A stretch of 64,000 nucleotides of DNA from an uncultured Hungatella sp. (lineage in GTDB: Bacteria; Bacillota; Clostridia; Lachnospirales; Lachnospiraceae). Within the stretch, counting starts at the first letter, position 1. Each line of letters begins with the position of its first letter. Location of the stretch: contig CATLBO010000001.1 of assembly GCA_949879025.1 (NCBI GenBank), forward strand, positions 21,545-85,544, written 5' to 3'. Under the pieces are notes generated by a model that was not told the DNA's origin, ran no database searches, and saw only the letters and a list, made by a program, of their open reading frames with translations. Positions 9,271 through 17,907 of this stretch are shown piece after piece. Both the position numbers and the translations under genes were made by a program.

Positions 9271-10155
9271 CTACTCGTTGCTCTTTACTACGGCTTCTCC
9301 ATAAATATATCGTCCGCTGGAGCCAATTACCCTCATGTACTCTTTCACGAACTGCTTAATGCCAGCCTCCGCAGCCATACACATATGCATATAATCAATG
9401 TCCGGATTTTCCTTAAGCGCCTTTAAAGTAGCCTGCTTTCCTGCTTCAAAAGCATCCGTACACACATTGATTTTATTGATTCCGCCAGCTACTGCTTTCT
9501 TTAAGTTCTCCTGGCCGGAGCCGGAGCCTCCATGAAGCACTAACGGCATTTTCAGAGTTTCCTTTAAAAGATGAAGCCTGTCAAAATCTAGTTTCGGTAT
9601 TTTTCCTTTAGGATATGCACCGTGAGCTGTGCCGATAGCCACTGCCAAGGCGTCTACCTCTGTCCTGGCGACGAAATCTGCTGCCTGATCCGGATTGGTA
9701 TACAAATCCACATCTGTATCGTCGGAATCCGCAGCCTGTCCTACGTGGCCCAGCTCTCCTTCTACAGAACAGCCCATACCGTGAGCCAAAGCACTGATAA
9801 TGGCAGTCCTCTTTACGTTCTCCTCATAGGGAAGAGCAGAACCGTCAAACATAACATTGGTAAATCCGGCATTGATGCAGTTGGTAATGGCATAAAAGTC
9901 TGAACCATGATCAAAATTCAGTGCTACTGGCACATGAACCCTGGCTGCCAGCTCCTTAATCAGCGGAACCATTTCTTCCAGATGGGCATGGTTAGTCATC
10001 TGGCCATTGCCGAACTGAATAATTATGGCCGAATGCTCCTCCTCTGCCGCCGTGATTCCGGCTCTTGCCATCTCCATATTGATGCTGTTCATGGCCATAA
10101 CGCCATAATAGTTCTTATTGGCATCATCAAGAATCGCTTTCATCGATACAAGCAT
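9271..10155 (-). CDS. Class II ketose-bisphosphate aldolase (Fba/IolJ family)
   Basis: NFDHG, VMFDGS, VEGELG, AIGTAHG, LVLHGGSG, GINKIN zinc-aldolase motifs. Confidence 0.9.
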   Translation of the reverse strand: MLVSMKAILDDANKNYYGVMAMNSINMEMARAGITAAEEEHSAIIIQFGNGQMTNHAHLEEMVPLIKELAARVHVPVALNFDHGSDFYAITNCINAGFTNVMFDGSALPYEENVKRTAIISALAHGMGCSVEGELGHVGQAADSDDTDVDLYTNPDQAADFVARTEVDALAVAIGTAHGAYPKGKIPKLDFDRLHLLKETLKMPLVLHGGSGSGQENLKKAVAGGINKINVCTDAFEAGKQATLKALKENPDIDYMHMCMAAEAGIKQFVKEYMRVIGSSGRYIYGEAVVKSNE

Positions 10156-10203
10156 ATTGTTATCCTTTCTGTAATCAATCTATTATTTATGTACATGGAA
10201 GAT

Positions 10204-11310
10204 TTATGCAATATCAATATCCAGATCGATATCAATATCTTCTTCCTCGGTTACATCATCATCTGCTGTAGTCTTCTTAACTATGGCATAAACCACTCCT
10301 GTCACGGCTGAACCGATAACCAAGGCAACCATAAACATCAAAGGATTCACCATCATCGGAACTACGAAGATGCCTCCATGGCCTGCCACAGACTCACATC
10401 CTGCTCCTACGGCAATTGCGCCTGCCACTGCAGAGCCCAGCATGCTGCAGGGAATAAACCTTGCCGGGTCAGCCGCCGCAAAGGGAAGCACACCCTCTGT
10501 AATAAAGCAAAGACCCATTGGAAGAGCTGTTTTAGCTGTTTCACGTTCTGTCTTTGTAAATTTCTCTTTCTTCAGCATTGTTGCAATAAACAGGCCGATA
10601 GGAGGAGTCATACCGCCGATGATCTTGGCACACATAGGCCCGTTGATCCCGTCAGCTCCCAGTGCGTTGGCTGCCATGGATGCCGTCTTGTTAACAGGGC
10701 CGCCCATGTCAAATCCCATGCAAGCTCCGATAACGCCGCCGATAACTGCCTTTGCACCGCCATTAAGGGAAATGATCCACTGCTGGAACACATCCATAAT
10801 CCAGGCCAGAGGGATGGAGAATATGCACAAGAAAATCATGCCGCACAGGAATGTGGAACATACTGGAATAATCATAACCGGCTTTAATCCTTCACACCAC
10901 TTAGGAAGTTTCCAGCCTTTCATCCAGTTAACTACGGCTCCGATAATGAAAGCCATCAGAAGTCCGCCTAAAAATCCTGCCTTTGACTGCGCCGAACAGT
11001 AACCAATTACCATACCAGGTACAATACCAGGCCTTCCGGCAATGGAATATGCTGCTCCAGCCGTCATAACAGCCACTGCAAAATCCATGGCATAAGAACT
11101 TAATTTGTTTACGCCCCACCAGAATCCAACCCATGTAAACGGATTCAGGTTCGAAAACGGCGTTGCACCGGCCTCAATGGCGCTGCCGATGTTCCATCCG
11201 CCGAACGCTTTTGCCAAAGCTCCCAGAATACCTCCGGCTACGACAATAGGTATCATGTAAGAAATACCAGTCATAATATGTTTCATAAAAGTTTTCTGCT
11301 GTTTTGCCAT
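10204..11310 (-). CDS. PTS fructose-family EIIC permease
   Basis: HIMTGISYMIPIVVAGG, FDMGGPVNK, FITEGVLPFA, HGGIFV; multiple hydrophobic segments. Confidence 0.92.
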   Translation of the reverse strand: MAKQQKTFMKHIMTGISYMIPIVVAGGILGALAKAFGGWNIGSAIEAGATPFSNLNPFTWVGFWWGVNKLSSYAMDFAVAVMTAGAAYSIAGRPGIVPGMVIGYCSAQSKAGFLGGLLMAFIIGAVVNWMKGWKLPKWCEGLKPVMIIPVCSTFLCGMIFLCIFSIPLAWIMDVFQQWIISLNGGAKAVIGGVIGACMGFDMGGPVNKTASMAANALGADGINGPMCAKIIGGMTPPIGLFIATMLKKEKFTKTERETAKTALPMGLCFITEGVLPFAAADPARFIPCSMLGSAVAGAIAVGAGCESVAGHGGIFVVPMMVNPLMFMVALVIGSAVTGVVYAIVKKTTADDDVTEEEDIDIDLDIDIA

Positions 11311-11348
11311 ACCTGTTTCCCCTTTTTCTAAAAGATTTCCCTTTGCTT

Positions 11349-11657
11349 CTATTTGCCTAGTTTCTCGTGGATCTTATTGATAACCCCTTTTGGCGATTTC
11401 ATCACCATGCTGATGGGTATATCCACCACTGGCTTTCCTTTGAAACGATCCTTGTTTACCCTGATATCTGCGGAAATAAGAATTACATCCGCTTCCTTAA
11501 TTTCTTCCGGCGTAAATTCATTCTCCACGCCGATAGAACCCTGAGTCTCTACCTTGATGTCATCTCCCAGTTCTTTTGCTGCATTTTCCAGTTTCTCCTT
11601 TGCAATGTAAGTATGGGCAATGCCCGCTGTACATGCTGTAATGGCCAAAATCTTCAT
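11349..11657 (-). CDS. PTS fructose-family EIIB component
   Basis: MKILAITACTAGIAHTY with catalytic Cys and KVETQGS; AGGAGG RBS before ATG 11657. Confidence 0.92.
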   Translation of the reverse strand: MKILAITACTAGIAHTYIAKEKLENAAKELGDDIKVETQGSIGVENEFTPEEIKEADVILISADIRVNKDRFKGKPVVDIPISMVMKSPKGVINKIHEKLGK

Positions 11658-11687
11658 GTGCAGCCTCCTCTCTTTTTTATTTAAGTA

Positions 11688-11722
11688 AAATTTACCATAC
11701 AGAAGACAGAATCGGTAAATTT
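11688..11722. promoter_or_regulatory. Candidate operator upstream of the PTS operon
   Basis: Inverted repeat AAATTTACC-N17-GGTAAATTT; related half-sites GGTAATT (11741) and AATTACC (11783) nearby. Confidence 0.4.
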
Positions 11723-11995
11723 GTTTAGGCATATTGTTACGGTAATTTTTCCTTTACAGCCATCGGGGCCATTATCGTTTAGAATTACCACTTTTTTTCT
11801 CGTATTTTACTAAAGGTGTTGCAGTATGCCTCACTTATCTGATACAATAGGAACTATACTTGGATTCTTATTTTCCGGCACTCTAAGATAAATCCTGCTT
11901 TTTGTGACATATTGTCATGAAGGTCTTATAAAAGGTCAAAATTTCCGTTTACTCCCGAAAAAAACATATATAACGCAGCTGAGAGGAGACACATT

Positions 11996-13219
11996 ATGAC
12001 TCTGTCGAAACAAATTGATAAATGGTATCAGGCTGGAGAGCACGGCGAAACAGTTAAAGCCATTTTAAACCTGACAGAAGGGGATGTTACAGACAGCCTG
12101 ACAGAAGATCTGGCCGTAGCCTACAATAATCTTGGGCAATATGAAAAAGCGATTGAAACGCTGAAAGGAATGGACAGCCAAAACCGCAGCTCCCCTCACT
12201 GGCACTACTGTATGGGATATGCGCTCTATTATGCTTCCATGGATTCTCCAACCCATGAAAAGCAGCAATCCCTTCTTCAAGGTGCTTTTGCTTCCTTTTC
12301 CCAGGCCCTTAGGCTGAATCCTAAAAAAGGGTTGGAAACAGAATGCAGGGAATTCCTGTCATGGATCAGTGATGATTTATGCAGCTTCGGATCAGCCGAA
12401 AAGGCTGCCCCCCAGGAAGGCGCCTTTGTATGCTCTGTTTTGCTGTCCGGCGCCTGGTTTGACAAGGATAAGTTTTTATGTGATTTTTATACCGACTGGT
12501 CTTTACCTATTATTCCAGATGACAGCACAGACAGCAATGCCATATCTTCTGTCAGCCCTTCTTTGGTATTTTCTGCAGATAACATGACAGCTTCCATTAC
12601 GCTGGTTCCCTTTGCCGTTCCCAGGCACGAAGCTGAAAAGGCAGCATCCTGCAACTATCTGTGGCCAAATGCACACAAAGTGACCCAAAAGCATAAGGCT
12701 CATCTGCTTATTACTGTCTTAGACATAGATGCGCCTCCCATAGACAAAGGAATACTTCTTGTAAAAATAGCATCCACCTGCTGCCTGCAGCTTCCTGCCA
12801 TGGGTGTTTTCACCAGCGGGACTGTTTATCAAATCGGCTTGTACCGAAACATGGCTGCTGTTATAAAAAGCGGACAGCTTCCTGTTTTCAACTGGGTTTG
12901 GTTCGGGCTTTACAGAACCAGCGGCGGAATCGGCGGCTATACATATGGATTGGAACTGTTTGGAAGAGATGAGATAGAAGTGCCAAACTCTGATGCAAGC
13001 CCTGACCGGCTGCGAAATTTTCTTGTAGATCTGGTCTTTTGTGTTTTGGAAAGCCATGCAGTCTTCCAAGACGGGGACACTGTAGGGCTGTCACCAGGGC
13101 AGAGGCTTCCTGTTACCCGAAGCAAAGGTCTGGTTCTGCCTGGAATGACTCTGAAAATCCCCTGCCATGAGTCCCCTCGTCCGGACAGCGTCCAGGAAAG
13201 TTCTCCTGTTTACTCTTAA
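11996..13219 (+). CDS. TPR-repeat protein with C-terminal DUF4261-like domain
   Basis: TPR helices (LAVAYNNLGQYEKAI, WHYCMGYALYY). C-terminal HKAHLLITV, LPVFNWVWFG, YTYGLELFGRDEIE, DGDTVG resemble DUF4261. GAGGAG RBS. Confidence 0.75.
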   Translation: MTLSKQIDKWYQAGEHGETVKAILNLTEGDVTDSLTEDLAVAYNNLGQYEKAIETLKGMDSQNRSSPHWHYCMGYALYYASMDSPTHEKQQSLLQGAFASFSQALRLNPKKGLETECREFLSWISDDLCSFGSAEKAAPQEGAFVCSVLLSGAWFDKDKFLCDFYTDWSLPIIPDDSTDSNAISSVSPSLVFSADNMTASITLVPFAVPRHEAEKAASCNYLWPNAHKVTQKHKAHLLITVLDIDAPPIDKGILLVKIASTCCLQLPAMGVFTSGTVYQIGLYRNMAAVIKSGQLPVFNWVWFGLYRTSGGIGGYTYGLELFGRDEIEVPNSDASPDRLRNFLVDLVFCVLESHAVFQDGDTVGLSPGQRLPVTRSKGLVLPGMTLKIPCHESPRPDSVQESSPVYS

Positions 13220-13226
13220 AACAAAA

Positions 13227-13279
13227 TCACCTTTCTTCTCCCCAAATGGTATCCAAACCATTGTGGAAAAGAAAGGTGA
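13227..13279. terminator. Terminator hairpin between convergent genes
   Basis: TCACCTTTCTT...AAGAAAGGTGA stem with inner AATGGT/ACCATT pairing, between stops at 13219 (+) and 13300 (-). Confidence 0.7.
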
Positions 13280-13299
13280 GCCCAGACCCTTATACTTTC

Positions 13300-13809
13300 C
13301 TATTCTGCTGACCAGGCATATCCTCCGACAGGGTGATACTCCCCAGCTGGTATGATATCTTCCAGAATCCATGTGTCCGGGTCGTCTTTCGTGGCATCCG
13401 GCCCTACCATTACATAAACTTGGTATTGTGCCAGATAGCCGCCGTAAGATTCCTCTGAAGAGCTGGCATAGGAACTGTTCTGGATAGCAATCAGATCATT
13501 AAATCCTTTTAACACCTTTGTGGCATATTCTGCTGCTTCCTTGTCCGATACGTCACCGTTTACAAGAAGATAAAACCGTGCCATGTTCTCTTCTGGATAT
13601 ATCCCTCCGTTTACAGATACCGCAAAAGGAAACAGATCCTGATCCGCATAAGTATCACTGAAATCCTGCCAAACCTGCTCCCAAACAATCCCGTCTACTG
13701 ACTGGTACTGGTCATCATATTTCTTGTTATCTCCATACACAATATTACTTTTGGTACATCCGCATAACAATAAGCAAACACTTGCCATAAATAAAATCCA
13801 GCGTTTCAT
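13300..13809 (-). CDS. Putative lipoprotein, unknown function
   Basis: MKRWILFMASVCLLLCGC: signal peptide with lipobox; AAGGAGG RBS. Confidence 0.8.
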   Translation of the reverse strand: MKRWILFMASVCLLLCGCTKSNIVYGDNKKYDDQYQSVDGIVWEQVWQDFSDTYADQDLFPFAVSVNGGIYPEENMARFYLLVNGDVSDKEAAEYATKVLKGFNDLIAIQNSSYASSSEESYGGYLAQYQVYVMVGPDATKDDPDTWILEDIIPAGEYHPVGGYAWSAE

Positions 13810-13912
13810 ATTCTTATGTTCCTCCTTCTTTCAATCTTTTGTATTATATAGGAAAACTGCTTTTTTTCACAGGGGTTTTTACAAAAAGTCAGAAAAACTT
13901 TATATTTTCCTC

Positions 13913-13941
13913 TTGCCATTTCTGAATATCAGTGGTAATAT
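13913..13941 (+). promoter_or_regulatory. Sigma-70/A-type promoter of the BCCT gene
   Basis: TTGCCA-17 nt-TAATAT with an extended TG, about 50 bp upstream of the AGGAGG/ATG at 13993. Confidence 0.55.
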
Positions 13942-13992
13942 GTTCAATAATAAATTATTTTTTCAATTTTTGAACATTTAGGAGGACATTTT

Positions 13993-15534
13993 ATGGAGCA
14001 TAAATCTTTAAGCCCTTTTTCCGGCACAAAAAGCCGGCTGGACTGGGTCACCACCATCATTCCATTTGTCTGTATATTGCTTTTATGCGCTGTGTTTTTT
14101 GCATTTCCGCAATCGTCCGGCATTGCGCTGTCAGCCATCCGCAGCTTTCTGGGAGATGAGCTGGGAGGCTGTTACCTTCTTATGGGACTGGGAATCTTTC
14201 TATGCTCCCTGTACATTGCCTTTTCTCCATACGGAACCATACGTTTGGGCACAGAAGAAAAGCCGCAGTACTCTTCCTTTCAGTGGGGTTCCATGATGTT
14301 TACTGCCGGACTTGCCGCAGATATCCTGTTCTATTCCCTATGTGAATGGATTCTGTATGCTGGAGAACCACGTATTACGCAGATGGGAGAAATGCAGGAC
14401 TGGGCTTCCACCTATCCGCTGTTTCACTGGGGGCCTATTCCATGGAGTTTTTACATGGTGCTGGCAGTAGCTTTCGGTTTTATGCTTCATGTGCGCAAAA
14501 GGGATAAGCAGAAGTATTCCGAAGCATGCAGGCCTCTTTTAGGCACTCGTGTAGACGGGTTTGCGGGAAAGCTGATTGATCTGACTGCCGTGTTTGCACT
14601 GCTGGCTGGAACCGCCACCACATTTTCCCTGGCCACCCCTCTCCTGTCCGGAGCTGTCTGCCAGCTTTTTGGCATGGCCCAGAGTCATCTGCTGACCATA
14701 CTTATTCTGGTAATTATCTGCATTACCTACACAGTTACCGTATATTTCGGCATGAAGGGCATTGCAAAGCTTGCTGCCTCCTGCTCCTATCTGTTTTTTG
14801 CCTTCCTGGCCTATGTGCTCATAGGCGGCGGCCAGCCCCGCTATATTATTGAAACCGGCATTACAGCCATAGGCAATCTGGCCCAAAACTTTATTTCTTT
14901 GTCCACCTGGACAGATTCCCTGCGGACTTCTTCCTTTCCGCAGAACTGGACGATTTTTTACTGGGCGTATTGGATGGTGTGGTGTGTGGCGACTCCGTTT
15001 TTCATTGGCTCCATCAGCAAAGGCCGTACTATCCGTCAGACCGTATTAGGAGGGTATTTCTATGGGCTGTCGGGAACCTTTACCTCATTTATCATTCTCG
15101 GCAACTACAGCCTGGGGATGCAGATGGCTGGAAAGCTGAATGTAATGAAACTGTATGAGCAAACCGGAGATCTTTATCAGGTCATCCTGTCCATTATGGA
15201 CACCCTCCCTCTGGCAAAAGCAGGCCTTATTCTGCTGGCAATTACCATGGTTGCCTTTTACGCCACCTCCTTTGATGCCCTAACCATGGTTGCCTCCGCC
15301 TATTCCTATAAAGAACTTCCCGGAGGAATAGAGCCGGACAAACATGTAAGGCTGTTTTGGGCGGTGCTTCTTATGCTTCTTCCTATTGCACTGATTTTCT
15401 CTGACAGTTCCATGTCTAATCTGCAGTCAGTATCCATTATTGCCGCATTTCCTATCGGCATCATCATCCTTCTTATTGTAGGAAGTTTTTTCAAGGACGC
15501 CAAGGCCTACTTAAAGGAGCAGGAAAAGGCGTGA
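13993..15534 (+). CDS. BCCT family (betaine/carnitine/choline) transporter
   Basis: SPYGTIRLG, WGSMMFTAG, FHWGPIPW, WTIFYWAYWMVW, ISKGRTIR; about 12 hydrophobic segments. Confidence 0.92.
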   Translation: MEHKSLSPFSGTKSRLDWVTTIIPFVCILLLCAVFFAFPQSSGIALSAIRSFLGDELGGCYLLMGLGIFLCSLYIAFSPYGTIRLGTEEKPQYSSFQWGSMMFTAGLAADILFYSLCEWILYAGEPRITQMGEMQDWASTYPLFHWGPIPWSFYMVLAVAFGFMLHVRKRDKQKYSEACRPLLGTRVDGFAGKLIDLTAVFALLAGTATTFSLATPLLSGAVCQLFGMAQSHLLTILILVIICITYTVTVYFGMKGIAKLAASCSYLFFAFLAYVLIGGGQPRYIIETGITAIGNLAQNFISLSTWTDSLRTSSFPQNWTIFYWAYWMVWCVATPFFIGSISKGRTIRQTVLGGYFYGLSGTFTSFIILGNYSLGMQMAGKLNVMKLYEQTGDLYQVILSIMDTLPLAKAGLILLAITMVAFYATSFDALTMVASAYSYKELPGGIEPDKHVRLFWAVLLMLLPIALIFSDSSMSNLQSVSIIAAFPIGIIILLIVGSFFKDAKAYLKEQEKA

Positions 15535-15542
15535 AAACAGAA

Positions 15543-15579
15543 CGGCATAACCCACTGCATTGTGGTTATGCCGCCTTTT
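15543..15579. terminator. Bidirectional terminator between BCCT and ABC-F
   Basis: CGGCATAACC...GGTTATGCCG stem followed by CCTTTT. Confidence 0.75.
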
Positions 15580-15606
15580 GTATATGCTGTATTTCGTTTC
15601 CTATTC

Positions 15607-17244
15607 TTATGCCATCTCGTCTTCCTTTACCGCAATGGTAAATACCTGTCTCTTACGCGCCATCTCGTCGTTTTCCAGATACTCGTCATAAGTGGTAATT
15701 TTATCGATCAGCTGACCGCCTACAATCTCCATAATCCTGTTGGCAGTAGTCTGCACAATCTGATGGTCACGGGAAGAAAAGAGCAGCACTCCAGGAAATT
15801 TCATCAGCCCGTTATTTAAGGCCGTAATGGATTCCATATCCAGATGATCCGTAGGCTCATCCAGCATCAGCACATTTGCCCCGGAAATCATCAGCTTTGA
15901 CAGCATGCACCGCACTTTTTCCCCTCCGGAAAGGATTTTTACCTTCTTGACTCCATCTTCCCCGGCAAACAGCATACGCCCTAAAAATCCGCGGACATAC
16001 GTAGCATCTTTCTCCGGAGAGTACTGGGTCAGCCAGTCTACAATCGTATCATCATTATTAAATTCTGCCGAATTGTCCTTTGGGAAATAGGACTGGGACG
16101 TGGTAAGGCCCCATTTATAGCTTCCCTCATCCGGCTCCATCTCCCCGGAAAGGATCTTAAACAGCACGGTTTTTGCCTGTTCGTTTGGCCCCACCAAGGC
16201 AACTTTGTCTTCTCTGTTAAGGATAAATGAGATATTGTCCAGGATCTTTACCCCGTCAATGGTTTTTGACAGGTTCTCAACAGTCAGCACCTCATTGCCG
16301 ATCTCACGGAAAGGCCGAAAATCAATGTATGGATATTTCCTGCTGGAAGGCTTAATATCATCCAATTCGATTTTCTCCAAAGCCCTTTTTCTGGATGTGG
16401 CCTGCTTGGATTTGGAAGCATTGGCAGAGAATCTCTGAATAAATTCCTGCAGTTCTTTAATCTTCTCCTCTTTCTTCCGGTTAGCCTCCTTCATTTGACG
16501 AACCATCAGCTGGCTGGACTCATACCAGAAATCATAGTTGCCTGCATACAGCTGAATCTTCCCATAGTCAATATCTGCCGTGTGAGTACATACTTTATTA
16601 AGAAAATACCGGTCATGGGAAACCACGATCACCGTATTCTCAAATCCAATCAGGAATTCCTCCAGCCATGCAATGGCATCCAGATCCAAATGGTTCGTAG
16701 GCTCGTCAAGAAGCAGAATATCCGGATTTCCGAAAAGGGCCTGGGCCAAAAGCACTTTAACTTTTAACGATCCTACCAGATCTTTCATCAGCGTATTATG
16801 GTATTCTGTCTCTACGCCAAGGCCGTTTAAGAGATTGGCCGCATCTGATTCCGCCTCCCAGCCGTTCATCTCCGCAAACTCCGCTTCCAGATCTGCTGCA
16901 CGGATACCGTCCTCATCACTGAAATCTTCCTTCATATAGATCGCATCTTTTTCCTTCATGACTTCATACAGACGGCGGTTGCCCATGATCACCGTATCCA
17001 GAACAGGGTATTCGTCATATTTAAAGTGATCCTGCTGCAGGAAAGACAGTCGCTGCCCAGGGGTGATCACCACATCCCCGGTCGTAGAATCCAGCTGCCC
17101 TGACAGAATCTTTAAAAATGTAGATTTTCCGGCTCCGTTGGCGCCAATAAGGCCATAGCAGTTGCCTTCTGTAAATTTAATATTTACATCTTCAAATAAT
17201 GCTTTCTTGCCTACCCGCAATGTTACATTGTTTGCACTAATCAT
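15607..17244 (-). CDS. ybiT: ABC-F family ATPase (YbiT/YkpA subfamily, ribosome-associated)
   Basis: Two NBDs and no TM segment (GANGAGKST, LLLDEPTNHLD, LSGGEK), inter-domain linker FIQRFSANASKSKQATSRK. Start set at MISANN. Confidence 0.88.
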   Translation of the reverse strand: MISANNVTLRVGKKALFEDVNIKFTEGNCYGLIGANGAGKSTFLKILSGQLDSTTGDVVITPGQRLSFLQQDHFKYDEYPVLDTVIMGNRRLYEVMKEKDAIYMKEDFSDEDGIRAADLEAEFAEMNGWEAESDAANLLNGLGVETEYHNTLMKDLVGSLKVKVLLAQALFGNPDILLLDEPTNHLDLDAIAWLEEFLIGFENTVIVVSHDRYFLNKVCTHTADIDYGKIQLYAGNYDFWYESSQLMVRQMKEANRKKEEKIKELQEFIQRFSANASKSKQATSRKRALEKIELDDIKPSSRKYPYIDFRPFREIGNEVLTVENLSKTIDGVKILDNISFILNREDKVALVGPNEQAKTVLFKILSGEMEPDEGSYKWGLTTSQSYFPKDNSAEFNNDDTIVDWLTQYSPEKDATYVRGFLGRMLFAGEDGVKKVKILSGGEKVRCMLSKLMISGANVLMLDEPTDHLDMESITALNNGLMKFPGVLLFSSRDHQIVQTTANRIMEIVGGQLIDKITTYDEYLENDEMARKRQVFTIAVKEDEMA

Positions 17245-17334
17245 TTCTTTCACCTTTCTGACTTCACATTCCGATTATTACAGCAGTCCCGTAAAAATGG
17301 GGTCCTTGACGGGCCCCATTTACACATCACTTCC

Positions 17335-17362
17335 ATTTTACATGATTTTTCCTGATTTGCAA
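17335..17362 (-). promoter_or_regulatory. Candidate sigma-A promoter for the ABC-F gene
   Basis: Minus strand TTGCAA-16 nt-TAAAAT about 90 bp upstream of the start codon. Confidence 0.5.
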
Positions 17363-17398
17363 GTAGTTTCATCATATTTTCCAGCTGTATCCCAGAAT

Positions 17399-17821
17399 TT
17401 ATAATAACTCCCTGCGAAGTTTTTCTGCCATAGCTTCGTATTCCTCATCAGTCAGGTAGGTCTTGTCCGGATTCATCTGGAATGTGCCGCCCCACTCGTC
17501 TCCACCGTTATATTTGGGCACAATATGCATATGAAGATGGCATCCTGTATCCCCGTATGCGCCGTAATTCACTTTGTCAGGATTAAATATCTTGTGGACA
17601 GCCCTGGCAACCTTTGCCACATCGGCAAAAAATGCATTTCGCTCCTCGTCACTGATATCGATCATCTCGCTGACATGATCCTTATATGCCAGAATTACCC
17701 GCCCTGGTTTGCTTTGCTCCTTAAAAATGTACACAAATCCTGTATCCATGGCGCAAACCGGATAGCCGAATTTTGCTACTAATTCCCCCTGCATACAATA
17801 AGCGCAATTTTGATCCTTCAT
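17399..17821 (-). CDS. HIT family nucleotide hydrolase
   Basis: CAYC zinc motif and HLHMHIVP histidine triad; AGGAG RBS before MKDQNC. Confidence 0.9.
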   Translation of the reverse strand: MKDQNCAYCMQGELVAKFGYPVCAMDTGFVYIFKEQSKPGRVILAYKDHVSEMIDISDEERNAFFADVAKVARAVHKIFNPDKVNYGAYGDTGCHLHMHIVPKYNGGDEWGGTFQMNPDKTYLTDEEYEAMAEKLRRELL

Positions 17822-17907
17822 AGTTCTCCTTCTCCTTTTTATATTCGTCGGCTGACTTAAACTGTTACCTTTGATTATATTCCATTTCCCTCTATTCCGC
17901 AAGAACA

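Noticed and set aside
13993-15534. BCCT transporter as choline supplier for LicD
   Set aside because: It is on the opposite strand, over 6 kb away and separated by unrelated genes, and no choline kinase or cytidylyltransferase is present.
15607-17244. Degenerate second Walker A (GPNEQAKT) in the ABC-F suggesting a pseudogene or resistance gene
   Set aside because: The ORF is intact, and a divergent second Walker A is consistent with the YbiT/YkpA housekeeping subfamily; nothing points to an antibiotic-resistance ABC-F.
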